From Phormidesmis sp. (lineage in GTDB: Bacteria > Cyanobacteriota > Cyanobacteriia > Phormidesmidales > Phormidesmidaceae), in NCBI GenBank assembly GCA_041745715.1, contig JBGTIK010000072.1:1-44096 (forward strand): 44,096 nt of DNA. Reading direction: 5' to 3'. Shown here one piece after another: positions 19,615-29,682 of this stretch; position 1 is the stretch's first letter; each line of letters starts with the position of its first letter. Made by a program: the position numbers and the translations under genes. The notes under the pieces were generated by a model, which saw nothing but the letters and a program-made list of their open reading frames with translations, was not told the origin of the DNA and ran no database searches.

Positions 19615-20373
19615 ATGCCCCCTACTACGATAGCTAAGCCCTGGCGGCTCATTCCGTTTTTGGAAGGCACGGGCGCTAAGCAAATGGCGATCGATAGCTG
19701 GCTGCTCGATCAGCATGGGTTGGGGTTGCAGCCGTCTAGCTTGCGGTTTTATGCTTGGCTAAAGCCCACCCTCTCGCTCGGCTACCACCAGCGCCAAATT
19801 CCTCATCACTGGCACAAGCTGCAATGGCAGGGCCAACCCGTCGAGATTGTTCGTAGACCCACTGGCGGACGCGCGGTGCTGCACCAAGGCGATTTGACCT
19901 ACGCGCTAGTGACTTCTGGTCTCAAAGGATCGCGCCGCGAAGTCTATCAGCAGCTCTGTCAATTTTTGATTGAAGGCTGGCGGCGCTTAGATGTCAGGCT
20001 CACTTTTGGCGCAGCCGGACGAGGCTACATTCACAATCCAAGCTGTTTTGGCACAGCTACGGCGGCTGATTTGGTGATGGCTGATGGCTACAAGCTAATT
20101 GGCAGCGCTCAAGCCTATCGCAATGGCTGTGTGCTTCAGCATGGCTCCATGCGATTGCACCCCAATAGCAATCTATTCAAAGCAGTCTTCGGGGAATCGA
20201 TATCGCCCCCTAATTTACCCGCCGCTTTGCAAACAGCCGAGAGGGCTGAGAGGGCTGAAAGGGCTGAGAGTCTTGAGCGCATTGTCCAAACCCTGACTCA
20301 ATCCGCTAGTGACTGCTTTGAGGTGGAATTTGAGCAGCAGCCGTTGGCTCATCAAGCTTGTTCAAGAGATTGA
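19615..20373 (+). CDS. Lipoate-protein ligase A family protein
   Basis: QMAID, RFYAW, VRRPTGGRAVLH, KLIGSAQ, LQHGS. Confidence 0.9.
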   Translation: MPPTTIAKPWRLIPFLEGTGAKQMAIDSWLLDQHGLGLQPSSLRFYAWLKPTLSLGYHQRQIPHHWHKLQWQGQPVEIVRRPTGGRAVLHQGDLTYALVTSGLKGSRREVYQQLCQFLIEGWRRLDVRLTFGAAGRGYIHNPSCFGTATAADLVMADGYKLIGSAQAYRNGCVLQHGSMRLHPNSNLFKAVFGESISPPNLPAALQTAERAERAERAESLERIVQTLTQSASDCFEVEFEQQPLAHQACSRD

Positions 20374-21566
20374 GCGGCGATCGCCCCCAACTGCAACCCG
20401 GCGGGGTAAGCCCCTTCTTCTTTAATGCGCTGAATCATCGTTTCAGGAATCGCAAAATTGAGCTGCTTGGCCACTGCCCGCACAATTTCACCGCGATCCA
20501 GGGTGCCTGCCACCGCGTCTGACGGGGTGAGTACAGTAAGCTGATTGAGTCGCTGCGCTTCCATAAGCTGAATAGCCTCAGTTAATGGGGTCGATTCGAT
20601 GACGTGAGGAATCTCTAATAGCGGACGGGCAATGCTGTGCAGGGTGCGATGGTTCCATTCACTGCGCTCCACCTGGGTAAGATCTTCCAATGAAACGCGG
20701 CCTCGATAGCGCCCGTCTGAAGAAGCAAAGTACACGGGATCGGTTTTTTTGTCTTGCAGTAGGCACTCATTTGCAAACTGCTGCAAAGGCATATTGGCAT
20801 CTAGAACGCGAAAGTTACGGGCAATAGCGTCACTTGCTTTAAGCTTCGCGAGCCCTTCTTGCAGATCGTTCATGCGGCTGTAGGTTTTGGCATTACGCAA
20901 AATGAACAGACCGATCAGCGCGGGCCATAGCAACCCGAAATCACCCGTGACGAAAAAGGCAGTTAGGCTGAGGGCGATCGCCGCCCCCCCCAAAACCTGA
21001 CCTGATTTTGCCGCCCAGCGCACACCTTTGGCTCGGCTATTCGTCGCTTTCCATACCGCCGCTTTAAATATTTGGCCACCGTCTAAGGGCAACCCCGGAA
21101 TCAGGTTAAACAACGCCAAAATCAGGTTAGTCGTGGCTACACTGCCAATTACGCCACTGGCAATCGGCGGTAAATTACCAAACTGATTCAGCGTGCCCAA
21201 AGCCAAGAAGAGTACAAAGCTGACAGCAGGGCCAGCAATAGCTACCTGAAATGCCTCCCCAGGCGTTTTGGACTCACTCTCAATCGAAGCAATTCCACCA
21301 AATAAAAATAGCTTGATAGAGTTGACCGTAATCCCTTGAGATCTCGCTACTAGGCTATGCCCCAACTCATGGGCCAATACCGAAGCGAACAGCAACAGCG
21401 CCAGCAAAAAGCCCGCCACATAAGCTCCTACCGGCCCCACCAGCGCGGCCCACTGTGGATCGCTGCCCTGCATAAAGGTAATCAGCAGCACCACAAAAAA
21501 CCAAGAGTTGTCAATAAATAGTGGAATGTTAAATAAAGCGCCCACTCGCCAACCAGTTTGCATCAA
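20352..21566 (-). CDS. Site-2 protease (M50) with CBS domains
   Basis: HELGH, AIAGP, FNLIPGLPLDGG; C-terminal CBS pair. Confidence 0.93.
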   Translation of the reverse strand: MMQTGWRVGALFNIPLFIDNSWFFVVLLITFMQGSDPQWAALVGPVGAYVAGFLLALLLFASVLAHELGHSLVARSQGITVNSIKLFLFGGIASIESESKTPGEAFQVAIAGPAVSFVLFLALGTLNQFGNLPPIASGVIGSVATTNLILALFNLIPGLPLDGGQIFKAAVWKATNSRAKGVRWAAKSGQVLGGAAIALSLTAFFVTGDFGLLWPALIGLFILRNAKTYSRMNDLQEGLAKLKASDAIARNFRVLDANMPLQQFANECLLQDKKTDPVYFASSDGRYRGRVSLEDLTQVERSEWNHRTLHSIARPLLEIPHVIESTPLTEAIQLMEAQRLNQLTVLTPSDAVAGTLDRGEIVRAVAKQLNFAIPETMIQRIKEEGAYPAGLQLGAIAAQSLEQA

Positions 21567-21744
21567 TGATCTCCTTCGGGGCCAATCGCAGCCTACAGTT
21601 AAATGGATATAGCCCCATTGTACCGACTCTGCCTACTGTCACCTTGCGCCAGAGTTATGGATAACCGGCTATGCTGTTAAGCGCACTGTCTGCTTACCGT
21701 AGACTGCTCATCGCAAAACGAGCTACAGAACCTAAATATAAAAG

Positions 21745-22404
21745 ATGCTTCAAGTGAAAATTTGCGGGATTACTACCGTGGAACAAGGGGAGGCGATCGC
21801 CTCTCTCGGAGCCACCGCCTTAGGCTACATCTGCGTCAGCCGCTCACCGCGCTACACCCCCGCCGAACGCATCTTTCCCATCACGGCCACCGTCCGTAGC
21901 ATTGCCCCTGATATCCAGCATTTTGGCGTCTTTGCCAATGCCCCCATCAACGATATTTTGACCACCACCAAAACCGCTGGTCTTAGCGTTATTCAGCTCC
22001 ACGGCGACGAGACGCCCGCCACCTGTCAGCTCCTGCGCGATGCCCTAGGCTATGCCGATTTGGCTCATGTCAAGCTCGTCAAAGCCTTCAGAATCAAAGG
22101 CCCCGAAGATCTAAGCACCGCTTTTAGCTACGAATCCTATATCGACATGCTGCTACTCGATGCCTATCACCCTGATCAGCTAGGTGGCACCGGCAACACA
22201 TTAGACTGGGCAGCGCTCAAATCCTTTTCGCCCCGTCGGCCTTGGCTGCTAGCCGGTGGGCTAACTCCCGGCAATATCCTCACCGCTCTCACCCAACTAT
22301 CTCCCAACGGAATCGACCTCTCTAGTGGACTAGAAAGATCGCCTGGATATAAGGACTTAGCAAAAGTCCGTCAGTTATTTGACAAGCTAGCTACTATTAA
22401 CTAG
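21745..22404 (+). CDS. trpF: Phosphoribosylanthranilate isomerase
   Basis: VKICGIT, SPRY, IQLHGDE, LLDAY..GGTG, LAGGL, DLSSGLE. Confidence 0.96.
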   Translation: MLQVKICGITTVEQGEAIASLGATALGYICVSRSPRYTPAERIFPITATVRSIAPDIQHFGVFANAPINDILTTTKTAGLSVIQLHGDETPATCQLLRDALGYADLAHVKLVKAFRIKGPEDLSTAFSYESYIDMLLLDAYHPDQLGGTGNTLDWAALKSFSPRRPWLLAGGLTPGNILTALTQLSPNGIDLSSGLERSPGYKDLAKVRQLFDKLATIN

Positions 22405-22414
22405 CTACTATTAA
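22387..22414. repeat. Perfect 14-bp tandem duplication spanning the trpF stop
   Basis: ctagctactattaa x2. Confidence 0.9.
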
Positions 22415-22461
22415 CAGGTAAGTCATAGCAATTAGGCTATTACTGGCTAGATCTTCAAGAC

Positions 22462-22668
22462 TCAAGCGGCGTCAATGTTGCTAATCTGCCTTTTAAGAAT
22501 TTCCTGCATTTCGGCTATATCAGCTTCAGTTTTTGGAAACGGATAGGTTTTGGCGTTGGGGTTGCGTCGCTTTATCAACGCCTCAATCGCCTCATCATCT
22601 TCGCGATTTTCTAGGATGTAGGCTCTCAGCTCTGAGCGAGTCATATGACTGAAGTTAGGCTCCTTCAT
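22462..22668 (-). CDS. DUF6887-like small protein
   Basis: MKEPNFSHMTRSELRAYILENREDDEAIEAL; start overlaps the upstream partner by 14 bp. Confidence 0.7.
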   Translation of the reverse strand: MKEPNFSHMTRSELRAYILENREDDEAIEALIKRRNPNAKTYPFPKTEADIAEMQEILKRQISNIDAA

Positions 22669-22846
22669 AGCTAAAGCTCCAATGACCATCTGAAAAGACT
22701 AAGATCTCTAAACTTTTGGTAACGCCCGCCAAGATGAAAACGATCTGAGTATTCTTATTATAGCGAAACATATGAATGGCCTGACAGCCGGTTGAGAGCA
22801 TTTGACACACTCTGACACAGGCAAAAGCCTGTTCTACGGTAGGCAT
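22655..22846 (-). CDS. DUF6888-like small protein
   Basis: MPTVEQAFACVRVCQMLS...IHMFRY...IVFILAG...LEILVFSDGHW. Confidence 0.7.
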   Translation of the reverse strand: MPTVEQAFACVRVCQMLSTGCQAIHMFRYNKNTQIVFILAGVTKSLEILVFSDGHWSFSYEGA

Positions 22847-22940
22847 ATGCAATCACTAAAGAATAGCAAGCTCAACCATATCGTAGTGCGACGTTTTCTT
22901 TAGGCGGTATTTTTGGTCTGCATTTTCAGTCTGCAAATAC

Positions 22941-24026
22941 CTAAGTTGCAGGCTTAAGGGCCACCCAATACTTACTCATAAAGTGATTGGCTGTGGTGAT
23001 ATCAGTAAAGCCTGCGGTTTCTAAACGAGCCGCCAAGTCGTCAGTAATGTAGTGACGGTAGTAGGGCTCATGGAAGATTGCCGGAAAGTTTTCCATCATC
23101 GGCTTAAATTCTGGCGTGTCTAATACCTGCACTGAGTCGCAAATGACAAAAATGCCGCCGGGTTTAGTGACTCGAAACGCTTCGTTAATCACGTTTTGAC
23201 GAGCCTCAGCGGGCAGTTCGTGGAAAAGGAACGTGCTGGTAGTCGCTTCAAAAAACTCATCAACGAAAGGCAAGCTTTCACCATTCGCCTGCACTAGCTG
23301 AGCCGGAATTCCTTTGACATTCGCTAGGTTTTCGTGGGCCTTACGCAAGTAAGCCGGCGAGAGATCCACGCCATATAGAGCAACCTTAGGCATGGCTTGG
23401 TTAATTAACTTGAGGCTGTTGCCAGTGCCACAGGCAATATCGAGCACCTTTAGGGGTTGTAGGGTAGTGCTTACAGCGGGTGTCATTGCGCTGAGGTGCT
23501 GTTTTAGCGGCGCTAAAATTCGGCGGCGCATGGGGTCGGCAGTGCCATTAAAAAGGACTTCTACCTGTAAATCGTACAGATTAGCGGAAGTATCGCTGAA
23601 ATAGCCGTCGGTTTGGTGGTGAAAGTTTTGAACGTAGTAAGCAGGGTAGCCTTCGGTTTCAATCCCTGTACTGAATTCTTGGTGGCGTCTGCCGTTGGCG
23701 CGCTCCCAAATGTTAGAGAGATCTACGCACATTTCGGGGTAGTAGCGGAAGAAGTCATCCCAGCGATTTTCAAATAGGGCCGATTTGGGATACACGCCGT
23801 TTTGAGCGTCTTGCCAATCAGCTTCTAGCAGCGCATCGATTCGCGTTTGGAGATTTTTGATCATCTCCGGTGTGAGTGGGTTGGGTTCGTTCCGCTCTTT
23901 AGGAGAGACGGTGTTCAAGATGCGGGTGCTGAGAGTTTTGTGGGCAAAGCCGAAGACCTGTTTGCCCTGCTGAAAGGTTTGGTAAGCGAGTTTGGTCAGG
24001 GTATCGGGAGTAAGCGTTTCTGGCAT
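22941..24026 (-). CDS. Class I SAM-dependent methyltransferase (cyanobacterial type)
   Basis: YYVQNFHHQTDGY, YDLQVEVLF, VLDIACGTG, FLFHELP. Confidence 0.92.
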   Translation of the reverse strand: MPETLTPDTLTKLAYQTFQQGKQVFGFAHKTLSTRILNTVSPKERNEPNPLTPEMIKNLQTRIDALLEADWQDAQNGVYPKSALFENRWDDFFRYYPEMCVDLSNIWERANGRRHQEFSTGIETEGYPAYYVQNFHHQTDGYFSDTSANLYDLQVEVLFNGTADPMRRRILAPLKQHLSAMTPAVSTTLQPLKVLDIACGTGNSLKLINQAMPKVALYGVDLSPAYLRKAHENLANVKGIPAQLVQANGESLPFVDEFFEATTSTFLFHELPAEARQNVINEAFRVTKPGGIFVICDSVQVLDTPEFKPMMENFPAIFHEPYYRHYITDDLAARLETAGFTDITTANHFMSKYWVALKPAT

Positions 24027-24162
24027 AGGAAGGGTGGGCTAAGCGCAGTTGGTGTCAATCAATCTTTAATTATTTTTATTGTAAAAGAGTGTTACGAAAA
24101 ATGTGGGGAAAATTTAATCCGAGCGACTACCTCAAGAGACATAAATAAAAAGCATTTAAACC

Positions 24163-24193
24163 TCAAAAGCCACCTGTGATAGGCGGCTTTTGA
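24163..24193 (-). terminator. Intrinsic terminator downstream of glnN
   Basis: Minus strand reads TCAAAAGCCGCCT-ATCAC-AGGTGGCTTTTGA. Confidence 0.75.
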
Positions 24194-24287
24194 TTCAGTA
24201 TCCGTAGGTTTAGTAGCAGTAGGCTTTAGATCGACTTCAGCTCAACTCTGGGCAAGCCGTAGTTAAACCTCAGTTAAACCTCAGTAA

Positions 24288-26462
24288 TTACTTGATGAAG
24301 AGCATTTCTTCGTAGGTTGGCAATGGCCAGAGGTCGTCGGCGATTTCGCCTTCAAGCGCGTCAGCGTCAGCGCGAACCTTTTCCATCATGTCGCGAATGG
24401 TGCCCGCGCAGTACTGCATGTGCGCTTCGATGGATTCAAAATCGTGTTTAGCGATCGCTACTTCCAACTCATTCGCACCGTTCAAGAGGCTCTTAGCCAG
24501 CCCTGCCACTTTTTCAACGGGCGCTTTATCCATATCAATGCCAATGTCACTCAGCGCTGCGATGGTTCCGGCAGAATCCCCCATATGACGCATGGCCGCT
24601 GGGTAAATTAAGGTCTTTGCCATGTCAGCGACGAGCTTAGCTTCTACCTCAATAAAGAGGAGGTACTGCTCAGCGTACACTTCAAACCGGCTTTCTAGCT
24701 CCGTCGGGGATAGCACACCCGTACTTTCAAACAGGGTTTTGATACTTGGATCTTTGAGGTACGGGAGCGCATCAGCCGTCGTTGGAATATTCAGTAAACC
24801 TCGCTTCTCAACGGCTTCAGTATGCCATTCTTCAGAATAGCCATTGCCGCCAAACACCGCCGCGCCGTGCTTTTCCATAATCTCTTTGAGCACCGACTGC
24901 ACTGCGTTGCCCACATCACCGCCGCCTAAGAGCTTGGCTTCGAGCTGATCGGCGATCCATCCCAGAGAATCGGCCATCATGGTATTTAGGGCAATCAAGG
25001 GGCCAGATACCGATTGGCTAGAGCCCACGGCGCGGAACTCAAAGCGGTTGCCAGTGAAGGCAAAGGGAGAGGTGCGGTTGCGATCGCCCGCATCTTTTGA
25101 CAGAGGCGGCAGCACATCTACCCCCAAGTGCATCACGCCCTTGTGGCTACAACCCGTAAGCTTACCGACTTTAATCTGATTGAAAATATCCTCTAACTGG
25201 CTGCCCAAGTACACCGACATAATGGCCGGTGGCGCTTCGTTTGCGCCCAAGCGATGGTCATTACTCGCGGTTGCAATCACTGCCCGCATCAGCGGCCCAT
25301 ACAAATGAACGCCGCGAATCACCGCGCCGCAAAACGCCAAAAACTGGAGATTTTCTTCTGGCGTATCGCCCGGATCAAGCAAGTTTCCCTGAGTCGAGTT
25401 ACCAATTGACCAGTTGACGTGCTTACCCGATCCATTAATGCCTGCAAACGGCTTTTCGTGCAGTAGGCAAATAAACCCATGCTCTTTGGCGGTATCGCGC
25501 AAAGTCGTCATCAGCTGCTGCTGATGGTCACTAGCGACGTTTGCAGATTCGTACACTGGCGCAATTTCAAACTGACCAGGAGCGACTTCGTTATGACTGG
25601 TCTTAGCCGGAATGCCGAGCTTGTAGAGCTTTTCTTCTACATCGTGCATGTAAGCCTGGACGCGCGGTGGAATTGCCCCAAAATAGTGATCGTCAAACTG
25701 CTGCCCTTTTGCAGGTGCTTTGCCAAAGAGGGTGCGGCCTGCCATTAGCAGGTCAGGTCTTGCACTCGCAAAGTTTGAATCCACTAAAAAATACTCTTGC
25801 TCAGCGCCACAGCTAGAGTTAACCGCTGACACATTGCTGCTACCTAGCATTTTAAGTAGGCGCTTAGCGGCTTTATCGACCACTGCAATAGAGCGCAGCA
25901 ACGGGGTTTTTTTGTCGAGAGCTTCGCCTGTCCAAGACACAAAAACAGTGGGAATACAAAGCGTTGCGCCGTGCTCAGTTTCTAAAATGTAGGCCGGGCT
26001 AGTCACATCCCAGCCTGTGTAGCCACGCGCTTCAAAGGTGTCGCGAATGCCGCCATTCGGAAAAGAAGATCCATCCGGCTCACCTTGAATCAGGAGCTTG
26101 CCCGAAAATTCTGAAATGACGCCGCCATCGCTCTGAGGTGAAATAAAACCATCGTGTTTTTCAGCGGTTAGGCCCGTGAGGGGATAAAAAACGTGGGCGT
26201 AAAATCTAGCACCCATCGTCATGGCCCAGTCGCGCATCGCCCCTGCAACTGCATCAGCGATCGCTGGATCGAGCTTTTCGCCCGTTTTGATAGTTTTTTT
26301 AAGTGACTTAAAAATGTCCTTAGGGAGGCTAGCCTGCATTTTACTCAGGCTAAAGACATGCGAGGCCCAGATATCTTCTAGCTTTTGGGGGGTTTTAGAT
26401 TCAATGGGCTGCTTGTTTGTAATCTCGTAAATTGCTTGAACGCGCGACTCGTTTCCAGTCAT
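24288..26462 (-). CDS. glnN: Glutamine synthetase type III
   Basis: 724 aa; [63 protein letters not shown]. Confidence 0.97.
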   Translation of the reverse strand: MTGNESRVQAIYEITNKQPIESKTPQKLEDIWASHVFSLSKMQASLPKDIFKSLKKTIKTGEKLDPAIADAVAGAMRDWAMTMGARFYAHVFYPLTGLTAEKHDGFISPQSDGGVISEFSGKLLIQGEPDGSSFPNGGIRDTFEARGYTGWDVTSPAYILETEHGATLCIPTVFVSWTGEALDKKTPLLRSIAVVDKAAKRLLKMLGSSNVSAVNSSCGAEQEYFLVDSNFASARPDLLMAGRTLFGKAPAKGQQFDDHYFGAIPPRVQAYMHDVEEKLYKLGIPAKTSHNEVAPGQFEIAPVYESANVASDHQQQLMTTLRDTAKEHGFICLLHEKPFAGINGSGKHVNWSIGNSTQGNLLDPGDTPEENLQFLAFCGAVIRGVHLYGPLMRAVIATASNDHRLGANEAPPAIMSVYLGSQLEDIFNQIKVGKLTGCSHKGVMHLGVDVLPPLSKDAGDRNRTSPFAFTGNRFEFRAVGSSQSVSGPLIALNTMMADSLGWIADQLEAKLLGGGDVGNAVQSVLKEIMEKHGAAVFGGNGYSEEWHTEAVEKRGLLNIPTTADALPYLKDPSIKTLFESTGVLSPTELESRFEVYAEQYLLFIEVEAKLVADMAKTLIYPAAMRHMGDSAGTIAALSDIGIDMDKAPVEKVAGLAKSLLNGANELEVAIAKHDFESIEAHMQYCAGTIRDMMEKVRADADALEGEIADDLWPLPTYEEMLFIK

Positions 26463-26510
26463 ATCTCGTTACCTAAGTGTTTCTGACAGAGCCTAAGGAG
26501 GGTATTACCG

Positions 26511-26555
26511 ATCCTATGGATAGCGATTCATAGAATTTGTATAGGCGTATACAAA
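26511..26555 (-). promoter_or_regulatory. NtcA-activated promoter of glnN
   Basis: TTTGTA-taggcgta-TACAAA (GTA-N8-TAC at 26539-26552) with -10 TAGGAT (minus strand, 26516-26511) 22 nt downstream. Confidence 0.85.
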
Positions 26556-27037
26556 ATCATGAATCATCTAACAAATTGGTTGAGCCCGCTTCAGAAAATT
26601 CCCTGTTTTTATTTCCTTTTGTAGATGGCCATCTGCAAACTTTCAACGTATAGCCCTGCCCAACCATAGCGAAAAATTTGCGTTGCTTTCGCTCTTGATT
26701 GAACGCTCTAGAGATGTAAACGCTCTAGAGATTCCTGGGGATTCGTTAGGCCCTAAAGCCTTTCAAATCAGCTCGAATTGTAAATTTTTCCTTCGATAAT
26801 CCTCATCTAACCGAGCCATTGATGAGGACATTTAGCTCCCGTGGTAAGCTTAATACTCAATTGCCCTAAAAGGCTGAACCCTTTAGTCACTGCTATTTGC
26901 AGGCTTTTGCGCTCGGCATTTCGGAACAAGTGCTGACCTGCAAGAGTGCCTGCTTTGGTGTTACCGGCTTTAACACCGCTTTAACACTATTTATTTTTAG
27001 AGGCGTTCGTCTGGTCGCCAAACGTTGGGAGAATTTC

Positions 27038-27547
27038 ATGCGAGATACGGTCACAAGTTTGATTAGCCGCTACGATGCCACCGGTCGCTATCTAGATCGC
27101 GATGCCGTCGACTCTTTGCAGTCGTATTTCACAACGGGCATCAATCGAGTAAAGGTAGCGGCGATGATCAGCGCCAATGCGGCTGAAATTTCAAGGGAGT
27201 CAGGTAAACAGCTATTTGAAGAGGTGCCTGAGCTGATTCGCCCTAGCGGCAACGCTTACACCACCCGCCGATATGCCGCCTGCCTGCGCGATATGGATTA
27301 CTACCTGCGCTACAGCAGCTATGCGCTCGTCGCTGGCAATAACGATGTGCTGATGGAGCGGGTGCTTCAGGGCCTGCGCGAAACCTACAATTCTTTGGGC
27401 GTACCGATTGGCCCAACGGTACAGGGAATTCAGATCATGAAGCAAAAGGTCAAGGAAATGGCCGCTGATGCGGGCATTGAAGATACGTCTTTTATTGATC
27501 AGCCGTTTGACTTTATTTCTCGTGAAGTCAGCGAAGTTAGCGTATAG
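27038..27547 (+). CDS. apcF: Allophycocyanin beta-18 subunit
   Basis: 169 aa from ATG 27038: MRDTVTSLISRYDATGRYLDR...GNAYTTRRYAACLRDMDYYLRY; GGAG RBS upstream. Confidence 0.95.
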   Translation: MRDTVTSLISRYDATGRYLDRDAVDSLQSYFTTGINRVKVAAMISANAAEISRESGKQLFEEVPELIRPSGNAYTTRRYAACLRDMDYYLRYSSYALVAGNNDVLMERVLQGLRETYNSLGVPIGPTVQGIQIMKQKVKEMAADAGIEDTSFIDQPFDFISREVSEVSV

Positions 27548-27550
27548 CTA

Positions 27551-27580
27551 GGTTTGACTGGGTTTGACTGGGTTTGACTA
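27551..27580. repeat. 10-bp tandem repeat x3
   Basis: ggtttgactg ggtttgactg ggtttgacta. Confidence 0.85.
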
Positions 27581-27611
27581 GAGTTTAGCTGCGTTTTTTT
27601 GAAGGTGGCTT

Positions 27612-28889
27612 TTGACGCTATCTTTAGGGATTGATTTTGGGACTTCTGGCGTTCGAGCGATTGTGATTGACCTGATGGGTCAAGTCATGGCTGATGCTCG
27701 TTACTTGTTTGTTGCGCAAGAAGTTTCGGAACCGGCTGCTTGGGCGCGATCGCTCTACCATCTCCTAGCGCAAATCTCTCTTCCCTTACGCACTCAAATT
27801 AACCGGATTGCCGTCAATGGCACTTCGGCGACTATCCTGCTGTGCGATCGCGCTGCTAATCCCCTAACTCCCGCCCTCTTGTACAACGATGCGAGAGGGC
27901 GAGATGCTTTGGCTGAAATACGCACCGCTGCACCAGCCAACAGCCCTGCCTTGAGTGCGACTTCTAGCCTTGCCAAAGCGCTGTGGTGGCAGCAAACGCT
28001 GCCGCTAGCGGCAGTGTCTCAAGTCAGTCAAATGCTTCACCAGGCCGACTGGATTGCGGGCTTATTGCACGATCATCCACCCGTGAGCGACTATCACAAC
28101 GCCCTCAAGCTGGGCTATGACGTGCGCACTTTGAGCTATCCTGACTGGCTGCTGGCGTCTTCAATCGCTCCCTGGCTACCGGCTGTGAGAGAACCGGGAG
28201 AAGTGATTGCACCTGTTCGCCCCAGCCTTGCTACCGAATTTTCATTGCCGACTAGCTGCCAAATCTGCGCCGGAACAACCGACAGCATTGCCGCTTTTTT
28301 AGCGAGTGGAGTCTGCGCTCCTGGCGAAGCTGTCACCTCTTTGGGCTCGACGCTGGTGCTCAAACTGCTGAGCCCTCAGCCGATAGATGATCAAACCTAT
28401 GGTATCTACAGTCACCGGTTAGCGGATTTGTGGCTGGTGGGGGGTGCCTCTAATACCGGTGGGGCTGTGCTAAAGCAATATTTTGACTCAGATCAGCTAG
28501 CCGAACTAAGTGCTGAAATGGATATTTTTAAGCCCTGCCCGCTAGATTACTATCCGCTGATCGCACCGGGTGAGCGCTTTCCTATCAATGACCCGGACTA
28601 TCCGCCTCGGCTTACGCCTAGACCAGAGCGCAATCAGGATTTTTTGTATGGGTTGCTGAGTGCGATCGCTAAGATAGAAGCCGACGGCTACCAAAAATTG
28701 AGTGAACTGGGAGCGCCAATGTTGCGAAGAGTCTATACCGCTGGCGGTGGCGCGAAAAATATGACTTGGCGAACCATCCGTCAGCGCCAGCTCAAAGTGC
28801 CTGTGAGTAGCGCTACCCAGACAGAAGCAGCTTACGGTAGCGCTCAGCTAGCGCAGCAAGGCTTAGATCGCTTTAGATGCGAGGGCTAA
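27612..28889 (+). CDS. FGGY-family carbohydrate kinase (ribulose/xylulose kinase-like)
   Basis: [49 protein letters not shown]. Confidence 0.92.
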   Translation: MTLSLGIDFGTSGVRAIVIDLMGQVMADARYLFVAQEVSEPAAWARSLYHLLAQISLPLRTQINRIAVNGTSATILLCDRAANPLTPALLYNDARGRDALAEIRTAAPANSPALSATSSLAKALWWQQTLPLAAVSQVSQMLHQADWIAGLLHDHPPVSDYHNALKLGYDVRTLSYPDWLLASSIAPWLPAVREPGEVIAPVRPSLATEFSLPTSCQICAGTTDSIAAFLASGVCAPGEAVTSLGSTLVLKLLSPQPIDDQTYGIYSHRLADLWLVGGASNTGGAVLKQYFDSDQLAELSAEMDIFKPCPLDYYPLIAPGERFPINDPDYPPRLTPRPERNQDFLYGLLSAIAKIEADGYQKLSELGAPMLRRVYTAGGGAKNMTWRTIRQRQLKVPVSSATQTEAAYGSAQLAQQGLDRFRCEG

Positions 28890-28999
28890 CCGCCCAGCTG
28901 ATCGCCCCGGCGATACTGCATGTAGGCGGCGACGAATAGGCCAATTAGCGTCACCGGAATTAGACCTAAAACGATGCCGGACAGTAAAGGCTCTACCAC
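28886..28999 (-). CDS. petG: Cytochrome b6f subunit V
   Basis: GTG start; [37 protein letters not shown] (37 aa); AGAGGA RBS. Confidence 0.96.
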   Translation of the reverse strand: MVEPLLSGIVLGLIPVTLIGLFVAAYMQYRRGDQLGG

Positions 29000-29161
29000 A
29001 GTAATTTTCCTCTTCTTTGATTCTAAAAAGCTTTCAGTGCTTAATTTTAATGTGAAATGAGAACCTATGCGCAGAAATACATTCAAGTTAATTAACTTGT
29101 CTTATTTTCTGAAAAAATCTTAAGCTATATGTAGTTGAAGACTTGTTACGAGATTCTGAGT

Positions 29162-29632
29162 GTGGCGACAAACAGTGTCCAAAAGCAAATGATGCAAACT
29201 CAGGATGACCTTAATCTAGAAAACCATCAAAAAAATAGTCAAAAGACAGGTCAAAATGCAGGCAGCTCAGTGACTGACTCGATTAACTTAATTCAGCGCA
29301 TGGCGGTGATCGTGGTGGGTGTGCTGGTCGCTTTCACCCTGATGGCGTGGGGTGTGCGGGCGATGCAAACGAGCGACCCTTACGTGCGCAATGTGCTGGC
29401 GCTAACGGGTGATGCGGCGAGAGGTCACGATATTTTTCAGCTAAATTGTGCGGTTTGTCATGGGTTGGAAGCCGCCGGTGAAGTGGGGCCTGATCTGCAC
29501 GGGGTATCTGAGCGTAAGTCGGAGGTGGCACTGATTCAGCAGGTAATTAGCGGAAAAACGCCACCGATGCCGCAGTTTCAGCCCAATGCTAAGGATATGG
29601 CCGATTTGTTGAATTATTTGGAGACGCTGTAA
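29162..29632 (+). CDS. cytM: Cytochrome cM
   Basis: TM helix, DPYV, CAVCH heme motif, GKTPPMPQFQ; divergent from petG. Start uncertain (29135, 29162 or 29189). Confidence 0.88.
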   Translation: MATNSVQKQMMQTQDDLNLENHQKNSQKTGQNAGSSVTDSINLIQRMAVIVVGVLVAFTLMAWGVRAMQTSDPYVRNVLALTGDAARGHDIFQLNCAVCHGLEAAGEVGPDLHGVSERKSEVALIQQVISGKTPPMPQFQPNAKDMADLLNYLETL

Positions 29633-29682
29633 GTTAGAGATGCTGTAAGTTGGAGACACTGTAAACCAGAGGCTCTGATCCG

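Noticed and set aside
26897-27037. 47-aa N-terminal extension of ApcF
   Set aside because: The canonical MRD start at 27038 has an RBS and gives the normal 169-aa length.
29000-29086. N-terminal extension of PetG
   Set aside because: The canonical 37-aa PetG starts at GTG 28999 with an RBS.
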